Shown: piece after piece, positions 9,701 through 19,448 of the stretch
Numbering within the stretch: the stretch's first letter is position 1
Layout of the letters: each line of letters opens with the position of its first letter
From: a virus
Lineage: Duplodnaviria; Caudoviricetes
IMG/VR virus record: IMGVR_UViG_3300044724_001500
Location: 1 to 24,607 of that record
Reading direction: 5' to 3' (one strand)
Length of the DNA: 24,607 nt
Program-made: the position numbers and the translations under genes
The notes under the pieces: generated by a model
What the model was told of the DNA's origin: nothing
The model's database searches: none
The model's input: only the letters and a program-made list of their open reading frames with translations

Positions 9701-12700
9701 AGAAGTTGTTCCAACACCAACATTATTGATGCTCATGTATTCTGCGCCAACCTTTAGAAGATCTCCAGGCTGTATAGAACTAATTCCGCTTATCGCAAAC
9801 GAAGTTGTGGCAGAACTTACGGATTCTCTTAACTCAAACGATAGATCGGCAAAGGCAATAGGCGCTTGATTAATTCCATCAAGAGAGATGAGAGATTTCT
9901 CAAGTTTCTTCGTTGTATCAAGAACGTGGGCATTTCCAGATCCAATCGAAGTGTAGGTCATGCCAATGCCAGCAAGAGCAAAATCTTTCTTGGTGGCCAA
10001 CTTGAATGTATCTTCTGTCAGTTTAATTGCATAAACTGTGGAAGGAATTACATCGGTAGTAATACCAGATCTAAATGTTTGTCTGATAGTTGTCGCAGCA
10101 CCAGCGGAAGAAATTGTGACAGATGGTGCTAAGGCAGTAGAATAGTATGCACTTCCTACTCCAATTGGAACTGTGTTAGCAACTGTAATCGAATTAATTC
10201 CAATTGCAGTAATTGTTCCAAATCCAGTATAGTCTGTGTTAGAAACGATTGTCTCGTTAAGTGCAAATATTGTAGTATTTCCAACTCCAGTGAGGACGTT
10301 AGTTCCGTCACTATTAGCAACGAAGAACTTGGCACTAGAACCGATGCTTACAATTGTTGCACTAGCTGGAACTCCAGGTCCAATAATCTCCTGAGAAACC
10401 TCCATTCCACCAGTTGTTGTTAAACCAGTGATGGTTGTAAATCCAATGATGAGATCACCAACTCCATCTCCACCACCAGCAAGAGTGGATCCAATGGAAA
10501 GAGAGACAGAAGATACACCAACAACGGTGCTTTCTGGAATATAGTTTAATTCCTGACCACTATTGAAGAAGTGGTTCTTAATCGTAAATACTCCGGTAGA
10601 AGTGTTGAGAGTGGAGACTTTGGCAGGATCAAAAACTTTTGCATAAATTGGATAACCATTACTGGTAAGTTCAAAGTTGAGTTGATCTCCTCTATTGAAG
10701 AAAGATTCGGAATACTCTTCAATCGCTCTTCCGTAAGTGATATTTGGAATAGTGTCTGCATTGGAATCTTGATCTCTATAGAATACCTCGTGGTATCCCG
10801 TGATTGTAGCCACACCCTGATGAGCATCGGGATAGAAGACTACTTGGAATTCAGATCCACTAAACTCCGTACCAAATGTTCCAAGTCCAACAGAATCACC
10901 AATTGTTAACTGTGGGTATTCAATAATTTGTGCAGAATTTCTATTCTTATCTGCAGAAATGATTAGTTGAGAAGTATTGGAACTATCTCCAATAGAAACT
11001 CTTACAATAGACTTTACTGCAAGATCATTGTCTGTTGAGAATCCAACAGCAGTAACAGCATATCCAGCTCCAGTGATGGTATCGGATGTTCCGCTGCTCT
11101 GATATCTTGCACTTCTTTCTGTTCCAGTATTTTGAATATCAAGTTTAAACGATTGTGTAGAAATACCCTCACTAACATCATTTAAACCAACAATTCTTAC
11201 CCTAGCAATAATTTCTTCAGAACCATTGTTAGTGTAGTCTAACTTAAGTCTTCCACTATCAATATATGATGTAAATGAACCAATAAAGGCAGTTGATATG
11301 CCACCCTCAGTGTATCCAGTATCAAATCCAAATTCAGCCAGATATGTGTCTGTTCCATTGTGATCAACAACTACTTCGTGGTAGTTTCCGTATTGATCAG
11401 ATGGTCTAGTAATTGCAACGTGCGCTGTAAAGGCGTCTACAGAGGCAGCAAGAGCGTTAAACAGAGTTACAGCAGAACTTATACCAACAGATGTTGTAAC
11501 GCCCGTTACAGAGGCAATACCGATCGCCAGAGTTCCAACTCCACCAACATTTGAATCAAATAATTGGCGTACAACCTTAAAGTTGTAGTTAACTCCTTCT
11601 GCAACTGGTGTGGCCGAAATATCGATAACACCAACATCAGATACATCAGCGGAGAAAGTTACAACTTCTTCATCGGTGCTTCTAACATCAGATTTCTGAA
11701 GTGTATATACTCCCTCTTCAGTATTCAGTACGATGAGTTCTGTAAATTGATACTCGAAGAGATTGTTAACATCCTTAGCAAGAATAAGAATTCTCTGGAA
11801 AGGAATATTAACTGGATATGATACAATTTTCTGAGACGTTCTTTGGTTTAGTTCTTTGCTGGAGAACTGAGTAGAGATATCATCAATAAGAAGAACCCTA
11901 TTCGTTAAGCACTTGATGAAGGAGGACAACTTCTTATTTTGCATCTTAATGGCAGGAGATACGCCACTAACTACGTCAATATCGGCCGCAAAGTCAAATG
12001 TATTGATTTGATCTGCTCTACCTTCAAAAACATAATCAAGTCTAATAGAAGTTCCAAGGATTGAAGTATTGATACCGATAGTTGCAGCCGCAGAAACTGG
12101 TGACTTGATCTCCATATCAGAGAAGTTCTTCATTCCACTGGAGTGGAGAAGACGATTCATTGGTCCAACCAGAGTGTTCCACTCAAGAGGAGATTGAACC
12201 GTGTATGATAAGTTCTGATAATAGTTGTTATCTGGGAGAACGGATAGATCACTGTTGGTAAATCCAATCTGATCAGACCATCCATAAGATTGCTCTACAT
12301 CGAAAGAAACACGGAAAGTGCTTTCATAATTCTCAAGGATGAGTATGGTAGCAATGAATCCAGTGGAAACTCCTTTAACTCTATCGCCAATTTTTAACTC
12401 ATATGATCCTTTAACTTTAAGGATATCACCCTGAGATCTGACGACTACCAGATCTGTATCATTAAATCCGTTTCCAACATCTACTTGTACTTTTTCATTT
12501 ACAAGGAATTTTTCTCTCTCAAGAGTAACTTCAAAAGTTGGATAGTCTTCTTGTTTTACTAAAGATGCAGTGTTATTTGTGGTAGTTACAGCAACCCCGA
12601 CATCTTGAGTCGCAATTCCTACCAAGGAATATGTAACTGTTACTGGGTTAATTGCAGCATTAACGTTCGTAACTTCAAAGAATCTATATCCATGATCTTT

Positions 12701-15700
12701 GGAGTTATGTCCATCATAATCCCCAGAGAAGTACTGATTGATACCATCAACAAAGATCTTATCTCCAATGGCTACTGGCGCAGTAGTAAAACCAAGTACA
12801 GGAGTTTGAATCGTTACGGTAACAATTCCTGCAGGAACACTATCAACAGCAGTAATAACAATTCCGTTACTATTGGAAGTTGTGTAAAGTGTATGTGCTA
12901 CTCCAGCAAGACCCGTTGGTTGTTTCAGAACCTGAATAGAGTCAATGGAGTTCTCATTCATAACAGCATTGTAAGAACCATCTCCAGATGGTTTTCCAGT
13001 AGTGCTATCAACAAGAACCAGTTGTGGAGGATTAGTAAAGTTCTTACCACCAGTTCTTACGATAATGTTACCGTCAGAAACAGTGTAGTTATTGGAAACT
13101 TGAGACCATGAAGGAATAAGGGCAGCTGCCGTTAATGTTTTGTCGCTTGGATATTCAAAACCAGCATTTACAATTCTTGTGCTATTGACTCTACCAATAG
13201 TTTCTGAAGATGCTTCAAGGATAGCATTGATACCATTGGAAGTAGTTCCTACACCAACAAAGTCTGGTCTGGAATCAAAACCAAATCCAGGAGAGACAAT
13301 CTTAACCTTCTCGATACCACCATTGGAAGAACGAGACTTGGTTGTATATCTAAGTTCAGCACAATCTTTTTGAATATAACGTGTAGTTTCTGGTTGATCT
13401 ACAAGTGCTACTGTGAACGTTGTAGATCCAATTCCAGTTACTTTGAAAGCACCGTTATACTTGCTATTGCTGTAACTGATCTCAGAATAAGAGTTTACCT
13501 CAGTATCAGAAGTAGATAAGTATCCGCTCTTCTCTAAGTTATAGAACAACTTAGAAGGCCATGCAGAACTAAATCCAACTGTCGTTATGCCAGTAGAACC
13601 AATAACTCCAGTTTCCTGAATATCAAATGCAGAACTACTTCCGATAGAGATTACTGGGTTGTTAAATTCTTTATCATAGAAGAACTTAAGTTTATAACCT
13701 GTGAGAGTTGAATCTGTGAGATTAAAAACTAAGTTTCTATTTCTGATTACAGGAATCTGTGGGTTGATACGACCAATTGTATGAGTTGCGCCAATTCCAG
13801 TGATATCGACTAATACAGGTGGGAAAGAATCAAGGTCAACTTTAGTTTTTGCAAGACTGAATGTATTTTCGTCAATAAGGTAGACGAAGTAAACTCCGTT
13901 TGACAGACCTTGTGCTGTTTCTACTCCCTCATATACAACTTTGTCCCCATTTAAAAGACCATGAGATGCAATGGTTATTCTATTTGTCGCTGTATTGATT
14001 CCAGTGGAGTTAAATCCAATGCTGTTAACAACAACACTATCAACTAATCTGTTATAGGAAAGAGAGACAGAAGATGCAGCTCCAATACCAAAGTTTCCTT
14101 TTGGTTTTACAAAGAAAGATACAACATCATTAGTTTCTAAAAGATGTGTCGATGCAGTTGCAACAGTTGTTTCGATCTTACGAACAGTTCCTGTTACAGC
14201 AGAGAATTCGGATACAAGATTGTAATCATTACTGTTTTGAGCGTTTTCTAAGAAGAATAACTGCTCACCAGAAAGAGATGTCTTAAGACCAATTAAATCT
14301 TTACCAACATTAACGACATATACAGTTTGTGCAACTCCAGCGGCAGATGGTAAATATTGCGTATCGCCATAACCAGCCCTGACAACAAATGGTTGTCCAG
14401 TTGAAGGTGTTGTCAAAACAACACTTTGATTTGCTACAAATGGGTGATCTTGGATGAAGATTGTTTGTGCTGGAACATCTCTCTGAGAAGTTACACCAGC
14501 CTGGGTGTAGGAAAGTGTTGCACTAATTCCAGCAGTTGTGGCAATACCGACAGTTTCAGATGCATTGAAGAAAATTGACTTCTGAGTCTGGGACTCAAAA
14601 TCATCAGTTTCTAAGTTGATTGTAAATGTATTCGTCAGGAACGATACTGCAACACCAGTGGTAGAAATTCCACCACCAGATCTTTCTACTCTCAGAAGAT
14701 TCTGTACTGGAAGTTTATTTAAGACTTTGAACAGTTCTGCACCAATAAGAACACTAGATCCAACACTAACAAAGGATGGTATGGAGGAGAGTCTAATATC
14801 AACAACATCTCCAGCACTACCAGCATTGATCTGTTCAGTTAATGCTCCAGTCGCACTGGTAACTCCTACAACTTGTTTTCCAGAAAGTCCTCTTACAAAG
14901 GTGCTAAGTCCAGAAACAATAATAGTGTCACCATTTCTAAGATCATGATAAGTTCCAATGGTTCCAGTTACAACTTGATTGCTTGTCTTTTCAAATACAA
15001 TTCCACTATAATCTCTATAGTTTGTATTGAGTTCTACAATGCTCTTTCCACGAATCTCAGATACAACGGCATCAAGACCTTCACCACCACTGGTGGATTC
15101 GTCAAAATACAGAGGCTCATTGACAACATAACGATCTCCGGGAGATAGGACCTTAATATTCTCAACTGTTCCAGAAGATACTGATTCAATAATTGCTTTT
15201 TGAGTCGCTAATTCATATGACTCTAAAATGTAATCATTGTCAGCTTTTGGTTCTCCAAGAAGATATGGATATGTGTTTCTGCTATATTCTCCAGATTCAA
15301 AATCAAAATTACTCTGATTGATCGATTCTCTACCGTAGAGATTTTCTACTACGGGAACAGTTCTGTAAGATCTACCTACAAAGTATGGATATTGTGCTTT
15401 TAAATCACCGGTGGTAGGATCAATTTCGGATGTTGCAAAATAAGCATAGACACCATTAGGATAGTCAACTGTTTTACAGAATCTACCATTATGTGCGTCT
15501 AGTTGACCAGATGCATTGAATTCGTAGTCTTCAACAAAAAATCCTTCAGCGAATCCATTGGGGCGATTTTGAACTAAACCAGTGTTTAGAACATAACCAG
15601 GAGACAATCTAACAATACCAGAAGAAGAATCTTCTGGATCGGAATATCCATATGAACCGTAAATTGGATTTCCATCATAAGCCCACCCAATCAAAGGTGA

Positions 15701-18700
15701 GTGTACATTTGTATCCGTGTCAAAAAATGCACTTCTTAAAGTGTCATTGTATCCGAGAATTGAGTACTCAAGTCCTTTATTTGCCTCATTGCTGAATAAG
15801 AACTCACCACCATACTCTTCAAATCTCTTAGTCTTGTTAATTGTAAGCTTTCTTACGGACGTATTGACTACAAGTCCACTTCCGACTGTAGTTATTTTAA
15901 TGCTTGTGCTTATTGGATCGTACCCAATACCAGTGCTTTGAATAATAACTTTGGTAATAGTACCACCACTAACAATCGCTCTGAGTTTTGCTCCAGATCC
16001 AGATGTAGAAATTACACTCAAATCTGGTGCTGACTTATAGTTTCTACCACCACTTAAGATCTGAACGGAGATGATTCTTCCGTTAGAAATAATTGGGTTC
16101 AGTTGAGCCTCAGTACCATTAACAACAGTTACCAGAGGTTTCTTCTGGAAATCTACAATTTTTGATCCATAGTCAGTTCCTTCTTCATAGAGGAATAGTC
16201 TTTTAATGGAACCACGAATCGAAGGAGTTGCTGTAATTACACCAACTGTATTTGCATATGCAACATTGATGGATACGGTTGCTGTTGGGTAGTTAAACTC
16301 TTGATATCCAGAACCAGTACTATTGAAATCAACTGGAATAGATCTGTTGTAGTTGTCTTTAATCGTTCCACCAACACCAGCACCGGATAGTTGGAAACTA
16401 TTAGTTGAAGAATTTAGAATGTAGTACTGATTACTAGTATTCAGACCACTAATCGCAGATCCTGTTGTCGAAGCGTAAGAAACAATCTCACCATCAACAA
16501 ACCCGTGATTTTTGAACGAAATCGTATTTCTTGATGTTGATACTCCAGAAGCCTTTACTCTGAGTCTTCTGCTTGCAAATCCTTCACCGCCATTGATGAC
16601 TCTAACACCAGTGAGGGTTCTCTTTTGATCAAATGTTCTGAATTTATGAATGCCACTGTTTCCAATAGTGGTAAATCCGATGGTATTAATACCAGCATTC
16701 AGATCGTTGACACTTTGATACAGATATACTGATTTGTTATTAATTTTAGAGATAAAGTAAGAACCACCGCTGTTAAGCGTTAATCCAGTATCTTCGTTCC
16801 CTCCACCAAAGGTTCCAATTCCAAGAGCAGAGTTGCCATTTCTATCATATACAACCTGCTGACCAGTGACAAAGTTGTGCTCATCTAAGAATGTGATTGT
16901 TTCTGTAGATGTTCCGATTCCACCACCAAATACAGAATCGGCCGCATTGAATGCAACTTCTCTGTATCTATTTTCGACAATTGGTTCTAACTGTGAGTTC
17001 TTACCGTTTGCTCCACTCACCGAAATCGAGAATACTTCAGTGATATCAAAGTTTTGTGGGTCTACGGAAACCTCAGTAATACTTCCAACAACAACAGGTT
17101 CAACTAACGCAGTTGTTCCAGAAGATACACTAGGACTACCAACAATAACGGTTGGTGGATTCAATACGTCAAAGTTGCTGCCGCCATTTAAGACAGAAAC
17201 ATTGCTTACAGGTCCGTAGTAAATAAATTCTTCCGATCTTGGGTTGAGAATCTCAACACCATTACGCAGGATACCAACAGGACCAGGAGATGTTAAAGTT
17301 TTATCTCCAGATTGAAGATCTTGAGATAATGGGAACTTTTTGAGGATAGCCTGTGGTTCTATCAGTTTATCAGACTGAGATGCTAATGTGAAGACGTGAG
17401 TTCCAGATCCAGAGGGAAGAGGTGCAAATTTTACATAATCTTGTGCATCGATGAAAGATCTAGCAACGCACAGTTTTACCTTTTTAGGATCTGGTTGTAC
17501 TTCTACGAAATAACGGCCTTCTTTAATTCCAGTAAATCCTTCAACCATTCCAAGAGTGGTAGAAGCAGTTCCAACTCTATAAATTACCTCATCACCTGTA
17601 ATAAAGGGGACTTCGGTATCAAATGCTAAAACAGAATACAATCCATCAGAATCAGCATCCTGAACACCACCAGATGCTGTAGAAGCCTCTGTTAATGTCT
17701 TGGAAATGATGGGTGTTGTAATCTCATATGAAGGTAAAGAGTTACTTGCAACAAATCCGTATAGATCATCATTCGAGATATAAGTATTTTGAATGTCAGA
17801 TACAATAACCTCTTCGCCATTCTTGATGATATTGTTTGAGGATGTTGCTTTTTTGACTAATCTACGAATATCGTACTTTGTATTTGGATTAAGTGAAGAA
17901 ACAATAGAACCAGATAATGTGCAGTCACTAGTTGCTGTAACCGAATTATCAATAGTGATCTGAGCCGTTCCAAGAACTGTACTGGAACCACGAGCAAGAA
18001 TCTGAACAGTATCTCCAGTTCTAATCTGAACTCTATCGAGTTCCAATGCTAATTTAAATGCAGATCCAGTAAAACTTTGAATCTGAATCCTGTTAGTTGG
18101 GTTATATTCCCAAGAATTGAAGAAGGTCTCAACAAAAGTCTTCGATTCTGGATTTCTAATTTTTTTACCAACAAACTTGACGTTGATTTCTTCCTCAACA
18201 TCTGCATTGTTGTATCCAGTTGGAATATTGAATTGATTCAATACACCAGTAAGTCTAAGTTCTACTTTATTGGTAGTCCCTTGCTCATATCCATAAACGA
18301 CAAGATTCTCTCGGATATCGGAAGCATCGGAGATACTCTCAGTGATCCCAGAAACGCCTAGAAACTGGTTTACAGTCTTGTCGGTATATGTGATAGTATT
18401 ATTGCCTACAATCGCCTCTCCGGCGGCAGGGAACCCGATTGTGGAGTCAACTGTAATAGTATCTGCACTGGTTCCATAAGTGCCAATTACTTTGGACTTA
18501 CCAGGCTGTTTGTAGTTACCAAAAAACCCAGATGGAGGGCTATCATAACCAAAGAACAGAGAGATCTTGTAATATCTCTTATTCTGGATTGTAAATGCTT
18601 CAACCTCTGAAATAGGAGCACTCGCAGATCCAACTCCAGTTAAAAGATTTTCATCTTGGAATAAAGTTTGACCAACTAACTGTTCTGGATCTCCAGAAAT

Positions 18701-19447
18701 TAGATCAGTAATTAAAGTCAGTCTATTTCTATAGTTTGCTGTAGATGGTTTACTGAGAAGTTGCTCAAGGTCTACAACGTTAGCACTTACATTGTAAAGT
18801 GCTCGCATGAGGATTCTAAAGGAATCGGACGTTCCTTTTGCTTCATAGAATCCACGAAGAGATTTGATAAAATTATTAACATCCAGAGAACTTGTAAAAT
18901 CTTGATCCTCCAGTCCAGGAGCAAAAGAGATTTTGAGTTTTCTGAAGAACTCTTTGAGGAAAAGAGTACTTAAGTTTTGGGCAACACTACCAGAACTATG
19001 AGATGCAGCCGAAGAAGTTGCAAATACTAAACTTTCCGAATCTGTTCCGGATCTATAGGAAGTAATTCCACTAAATCCACGAACGCATCCAGTAAAACTA
19101 TTTGTAGTTACACCAGTGTAAGTAATGATCTCATTATTAATCTTGATGAGACCATATTCATTTGGGAAACCCTTTGTAGTGTCAACGTAAATCGTTGTGT
19201 CAGACGCCAAGACACTTTCAGTTACACCTACTCTTCCATTGAGTGCTTCTGGTGTAAGATTGTCCAGTTTGATGTACTGGTCAATGTTTTCAAGCAGATC
19301 GACAGGACCGCTTTGAAATTGTTGAGACTGATAGTACTGTTTTAAGAAATCAACAAATAATGGAGACTCCGAAACGACATACTCAGGAAGTTGTCCCTCG
19401 ATCAGCTGGCTGATCTTGACCCGTTGATCAATTGCGGTCTCAATCAT
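6704..19447 (-). CDS. gp7: Giant baseplate wedge initiator (cyanophage gp7-like), 4247 aa, multi-repeat beta-rich protein with a YHYH-like domain
   Basis: N-terminus QLPEYVVSESPLFVDFLKQYY...FIKSLRGFYEAKGTSDSFRILMRALY; internal DNNYYQNLSYTVQSPLEW...LLHSSGMKNFSD; C-terminal GRFSWG. Lies between gp6 and gp8 as one uninterrupted 12.7-kb ORF. Confidence 0.85.
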   Translation of the reverse strand: MIETAIDQRVKISQLIEGQLPEYVVSESPLFVDFLKQYYQSQQFQSGPVDLLENIDQYIKLDNLTPEALNGRVGVTESVLASDTTIYVDTTKGFPNEYGLIKINNEIITYTGVTTNSFTGCVRGFSGITSYRSGTDSESLVFATSSAASHSSGSVAQNLSTLFLKEFFRKLKISFAPGLEDQDFTSSLDVNNFIKSLRGFYEAKGTSDSFRILMRALYNVSANVVDLEQLLSKPSTANYRNRLTLITDLISGDPEQLVGQTLFQDENLLTGVGSASAPISEVEAFTIQNKRYYKISLFFGYDSPPSGFFGNYKQPGKSKVIGTYGTSADTITVDSTIGFPAAGEAIVGNNTITYTDKTVNQFLGVSGITESISDASDIRENLVVYGYEQGTTNKVELRLTGVLNQFNIPTGYNNADVEEEINVKFVGKKIRNPESKTFVETFFNSWEYNPTNRIQIQSFTGSAFKLALELDRVQIRTGDTVQILARGSSTVLGTAQITIDNSVTATSDCTLSGSIVSSLNPNTKYDIRRLVKKATSSNNIIKNGEEVIVSDIQNTYISNDDLYGFVASNSLPSYEITTPIISKTLTEASTASGGVQDADSDGLYSVLAFDTEVPFITGDEVIYRVGTASTTLGMVEGFTGIKEGRYFVEVQPDPKKVKLCVARSFIDAQDYVKFAPLPSGSGTHVFTLASQSDKLIEPQAILKKFPLSQDLQSGDKTLTSPGPVGILRNGVEILNPRSEEFIYYGPVSNVSVLNGGSNFDVLNPPTVIVGSPSVSSGTTALVEPVVVGSITEVSVDPQNFDITEVFSISVSGANGKNSQLEPIVENRYREVAFNAADSVFGGGIGTSTETITFLDEHNFVTGQQVVYDRNGNSALGIGTFGGGNEDTGLTLNSGGSYFISKINNKSVYLYQSVNDLNAGINTIGFTTIGNSGIHKFRTFDQKRTLTGVRVINGGEGFASRRLRVKASGVSTSRNTISFKNHGFVDGEIVSYASTTGSAISGLNTSNQYYILNSSTNSFQLSGAGVGGTIKDNYNRSIPVDFNSTGSGYQEFNYPTATVSINVAYANTVGVITATPSIRGSIKRLFLYEEGTDYGSKIVDFQKKPLVTVVNGTEAQLNPIISNGRIISVQILSGGRNYKSAPDLSVISTSGSGAKLRAIVSGGTITKVIIQSTGIGYDPISTSIKITTVGSGLVVNTSVRKLTINKTKRFEEYGGEFLFSNEANKGLEYSILGYNDTLRSAFFDTDTNVHSPLIGWAYDGNPIYGSYGYSDPEDSSSGIVRLSPGYVLNTGLVQNRPNGFAEGFFVEDYEFNASGQLDAHNGRFCKTVDYPNGVYAYFATSEIDPTTGDLKAQYPYFVGRSYRTVPVVENLYGRESINQSNFDFESGEYSRNTYPYLLGEPKADNDYILESYELATQKAIIESVSSGTVENIKVLSPGDRYVVNEPLYFDESTSGGEGLDAVVSEIRGKSIVELNTNYRDYSGIVFEKTSNQVVTGTIGTYHDLRNGDTIIVSGLSTFVRGLSGKQVVGVTSATGALTEQINAGSAGDVVDIRLSSIPSFVSVGSSVLIGAELFKVLNKLPVQNLLRVERSGGGISTTGVAVSFLTNTFTINLETDDFESQTQKSIFFNASETVGIATTAGISATLSYTQAGVTSQRDVPAQTIFIQDHPFVANQSVVLTTPSTGQPFVVRAGYGDTQYLPSAAGVAQTVYVVNVGKDLIGLKTSLSGEQLFFLENAQNSNDYNLVSEFSAVTGTVRKIETTVATASTHLLETNDVVSFFVKPKGNFGIGAASSVSLSYNRLVDSVVVNSIGFNSTGINTATNRITIASHGLLNGDKVVYEGVETAQGLSNGVYFVYLIDENTFSLAKTKVDLDSFPPVLVDITGIGATHTIGRINPQIPVIRNRNLVFNLTDSTLTGYKLKFFYDKEFNNPVISIGSSSAFDIQETGVIGSTGITTVGFSSAWPSKLFYNLEKSGYLSTSDTEVNSYSEISYSNSKYNGAFKVTGIGSTTFTVALVDQPETTRYIQKDCAELRYTTKSRSSNGGIEKVKIVSPGFGFDSRPDFVGVGTTSNGINAILEASSETIGRVNSTRIVNAGFEYPSDKTLTAAALIPSWSQVSNNYTVSDGNIIVRTGGKNFTNPPQLVLVDSTTGKPSGDGSYNAVMNENSIDSIQVLKQPTGLAGVAHTLYTTSNSNGIVITAVDSVPAGIVTVTIQTPVLGFTTAPVAIGDKIFVDGINQYFSGDYDGHNSKDHGYRFFEVTNVNAAINPVTVTYSLVGIATQDVGVAVTTTNNTASLVKQEDYPTFEVTLEREKFLVNEKVQVDVGNGFNDTDLVVVRSQGDILKVKGSYELKIGDRVKGVSTGFIATILILENYESTFRVSFDVEQSYGWSDQIGFTNSDLSVLPDNNYYQNLSYTVQSPLEWNTLVGPMNRLLHSSGMKNFSDMEIKSPVSAAATIGINTSILGTSIRLDYVFEGRADQINTFDFAADIDVVSGVSPAIKMQNKKLSSFIKCLTNRVLLIDDISTQFSSKELNQRTSQKIVSYPVNIPFQRILILAKDVNNLFEYQFTELIVLNTEEGVYTLQKSDVRSTDEEVVTFSADVSDVGVIDISATPVAEGVNYNFKVVRQLFDSNVGGVGTLAIGIASVTGVTTSVGISSAVTLFNALAASVDAFTAHVAITRPSDQYGNYHEVVVDHNGTDTYLAEFGFDTGYTEGGISTAFIGSFTSYIDSGRLKLDYTNNGSEEIIARVRIVGLNDVSEGISTQSFKLDIQNTGTERSARYQSSGTSDTITGAGYAVTAVGFSTDNDLAVKSIVRVSIGDSSNTSQLIISADKNRNSAQIIEYPQLTIGDSVGLGTFGTEFSGSEFQVVFYPDAHQGVATITGYHEVFYRDQDSNADTIPNITYGRAIEEYSESFFNRGDQLNFELTSNGYPIYAKVFDPAKVSTLNTSTGVFTIKNHFFNSGQELNYIPESTVVGVSSVSLSIGSTLAGGGDGVGDLIIGFTTITGLTTTGGMEVSQEIIGPGVPASATIVSIGSSAKFFVANSDGTNVLTGVGNTTIFALNETIVSNTDYTGFGTITAIGINSITVANTVPIGVGSAYYSTALAPSVTISSAGAATTIRQTFRSGITTDVIPSTVYAIKLTEDTFKLATKKDFALAGIGMTYTSIGSGNAHVLDTTKKLEKSLISLDGINQAPIAFADLSFELRESVSSATTSFAISGISSIQPGDLLKVGAEYMSINNVGVGTTSGDISGIGTFNVVNVLRGAVGSAASAKADGDTAKIYRGSYNIVRNSIHFTNAPAGTGSEEQFNEFNLSPANSTFGGRVYLRQNYTNNALFVDVSNQFTGLARTFTLRTDDDNPVGFETGGSVLFLNGIFQAPTTLNNTGKSYTLESTVSGVTSAVFNGVRLVDGSPYVSETDVNTNEIPRGGIIVSLGSTGGTGVAPLVGAQYRAITGVGGTIESLVGFGTTLGRTALSISTASYNNNTGVMEVTTTSAHGLTGTGQQVYMIGLEFECAAAHAGVTTTIFPDGTRGHVFEVVGVGSTTIFSVDIGISTIGHDYVGSGTIYEHNVSLNNGSGYRGPVSVAITDLGTGVGGTTGYGAVISATVGAGGTLSLSIDNPGVGYNQPAVIIPDPTYSNMIIEGVSRLGIGSTTDTGFGCVISLEVGAGTTTVDDEYHFVNGFTLNNPGYGFRIGDVFRPVGLVSAIGAGSSFTEFELTVESVYTDSFSAWQFGQIDYIDSIKDLQNGTRRRFPLYQNAQLLSFQKDPEIASSAAIDLANVLLIFVDGVIQVPGVAYEFDGGTSFAFTQAPSPESDIEIFFYRGTAGTDSAQTSQSETIKAGDTVTLRKLGQNDGTVTQDSRLVQEIASADKITTNIYINQGIDETVFRPLDWRKQKADKIVNTEIIYKTRDSLEGLVYPTARLIGDLSEGATDIFVDNARFFQYEEYADGAPAGTTVSTDLIIIDPTENVGASITALVAGDGTLTFDIVSGGSGYAGTSVALGIAAPPRVDNAKYGIIGVGTTAVARGIISGGSITSVDIYNAGGGYTVPPQVLVPDNTVKKDVLNSADVIIGYVGVITGITTVSGLGGATVAIEFQTDYTNSLVSTAELDSLIVGYPIYVYDTTVGSGITAVDVLDTDTVGIGTTFADAVYKVAGIYRNSNVGVITCNILSTTDTTGLTTTGTLNVPVGRFSWGRIGQGSRESTSVAFAVSSYTTSAGLSTYPIVQRRGFGLRNSGALKKQVSN

Positions 19448-19448
19448 C

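Noticed and set aside
6090-10827. Short alternate-frame minus-strand ORFs inside gp8 and gp7 (6090..6302, 6342..6545, 8920..9108, 10546..10827)
   Set aside because: Nested out of frame within intact genes, with no sign of frameshift sites or independent translation signals.
6704-19447. Possible intein, intron or homing endonuclease explaining the size of gp7
   Set aside because: No intein splice-junction or LAGLIDADG/HNH/GIY-YIG motifs noticed and the frame is uninterrupted; the length is accounted for by structural repeats.
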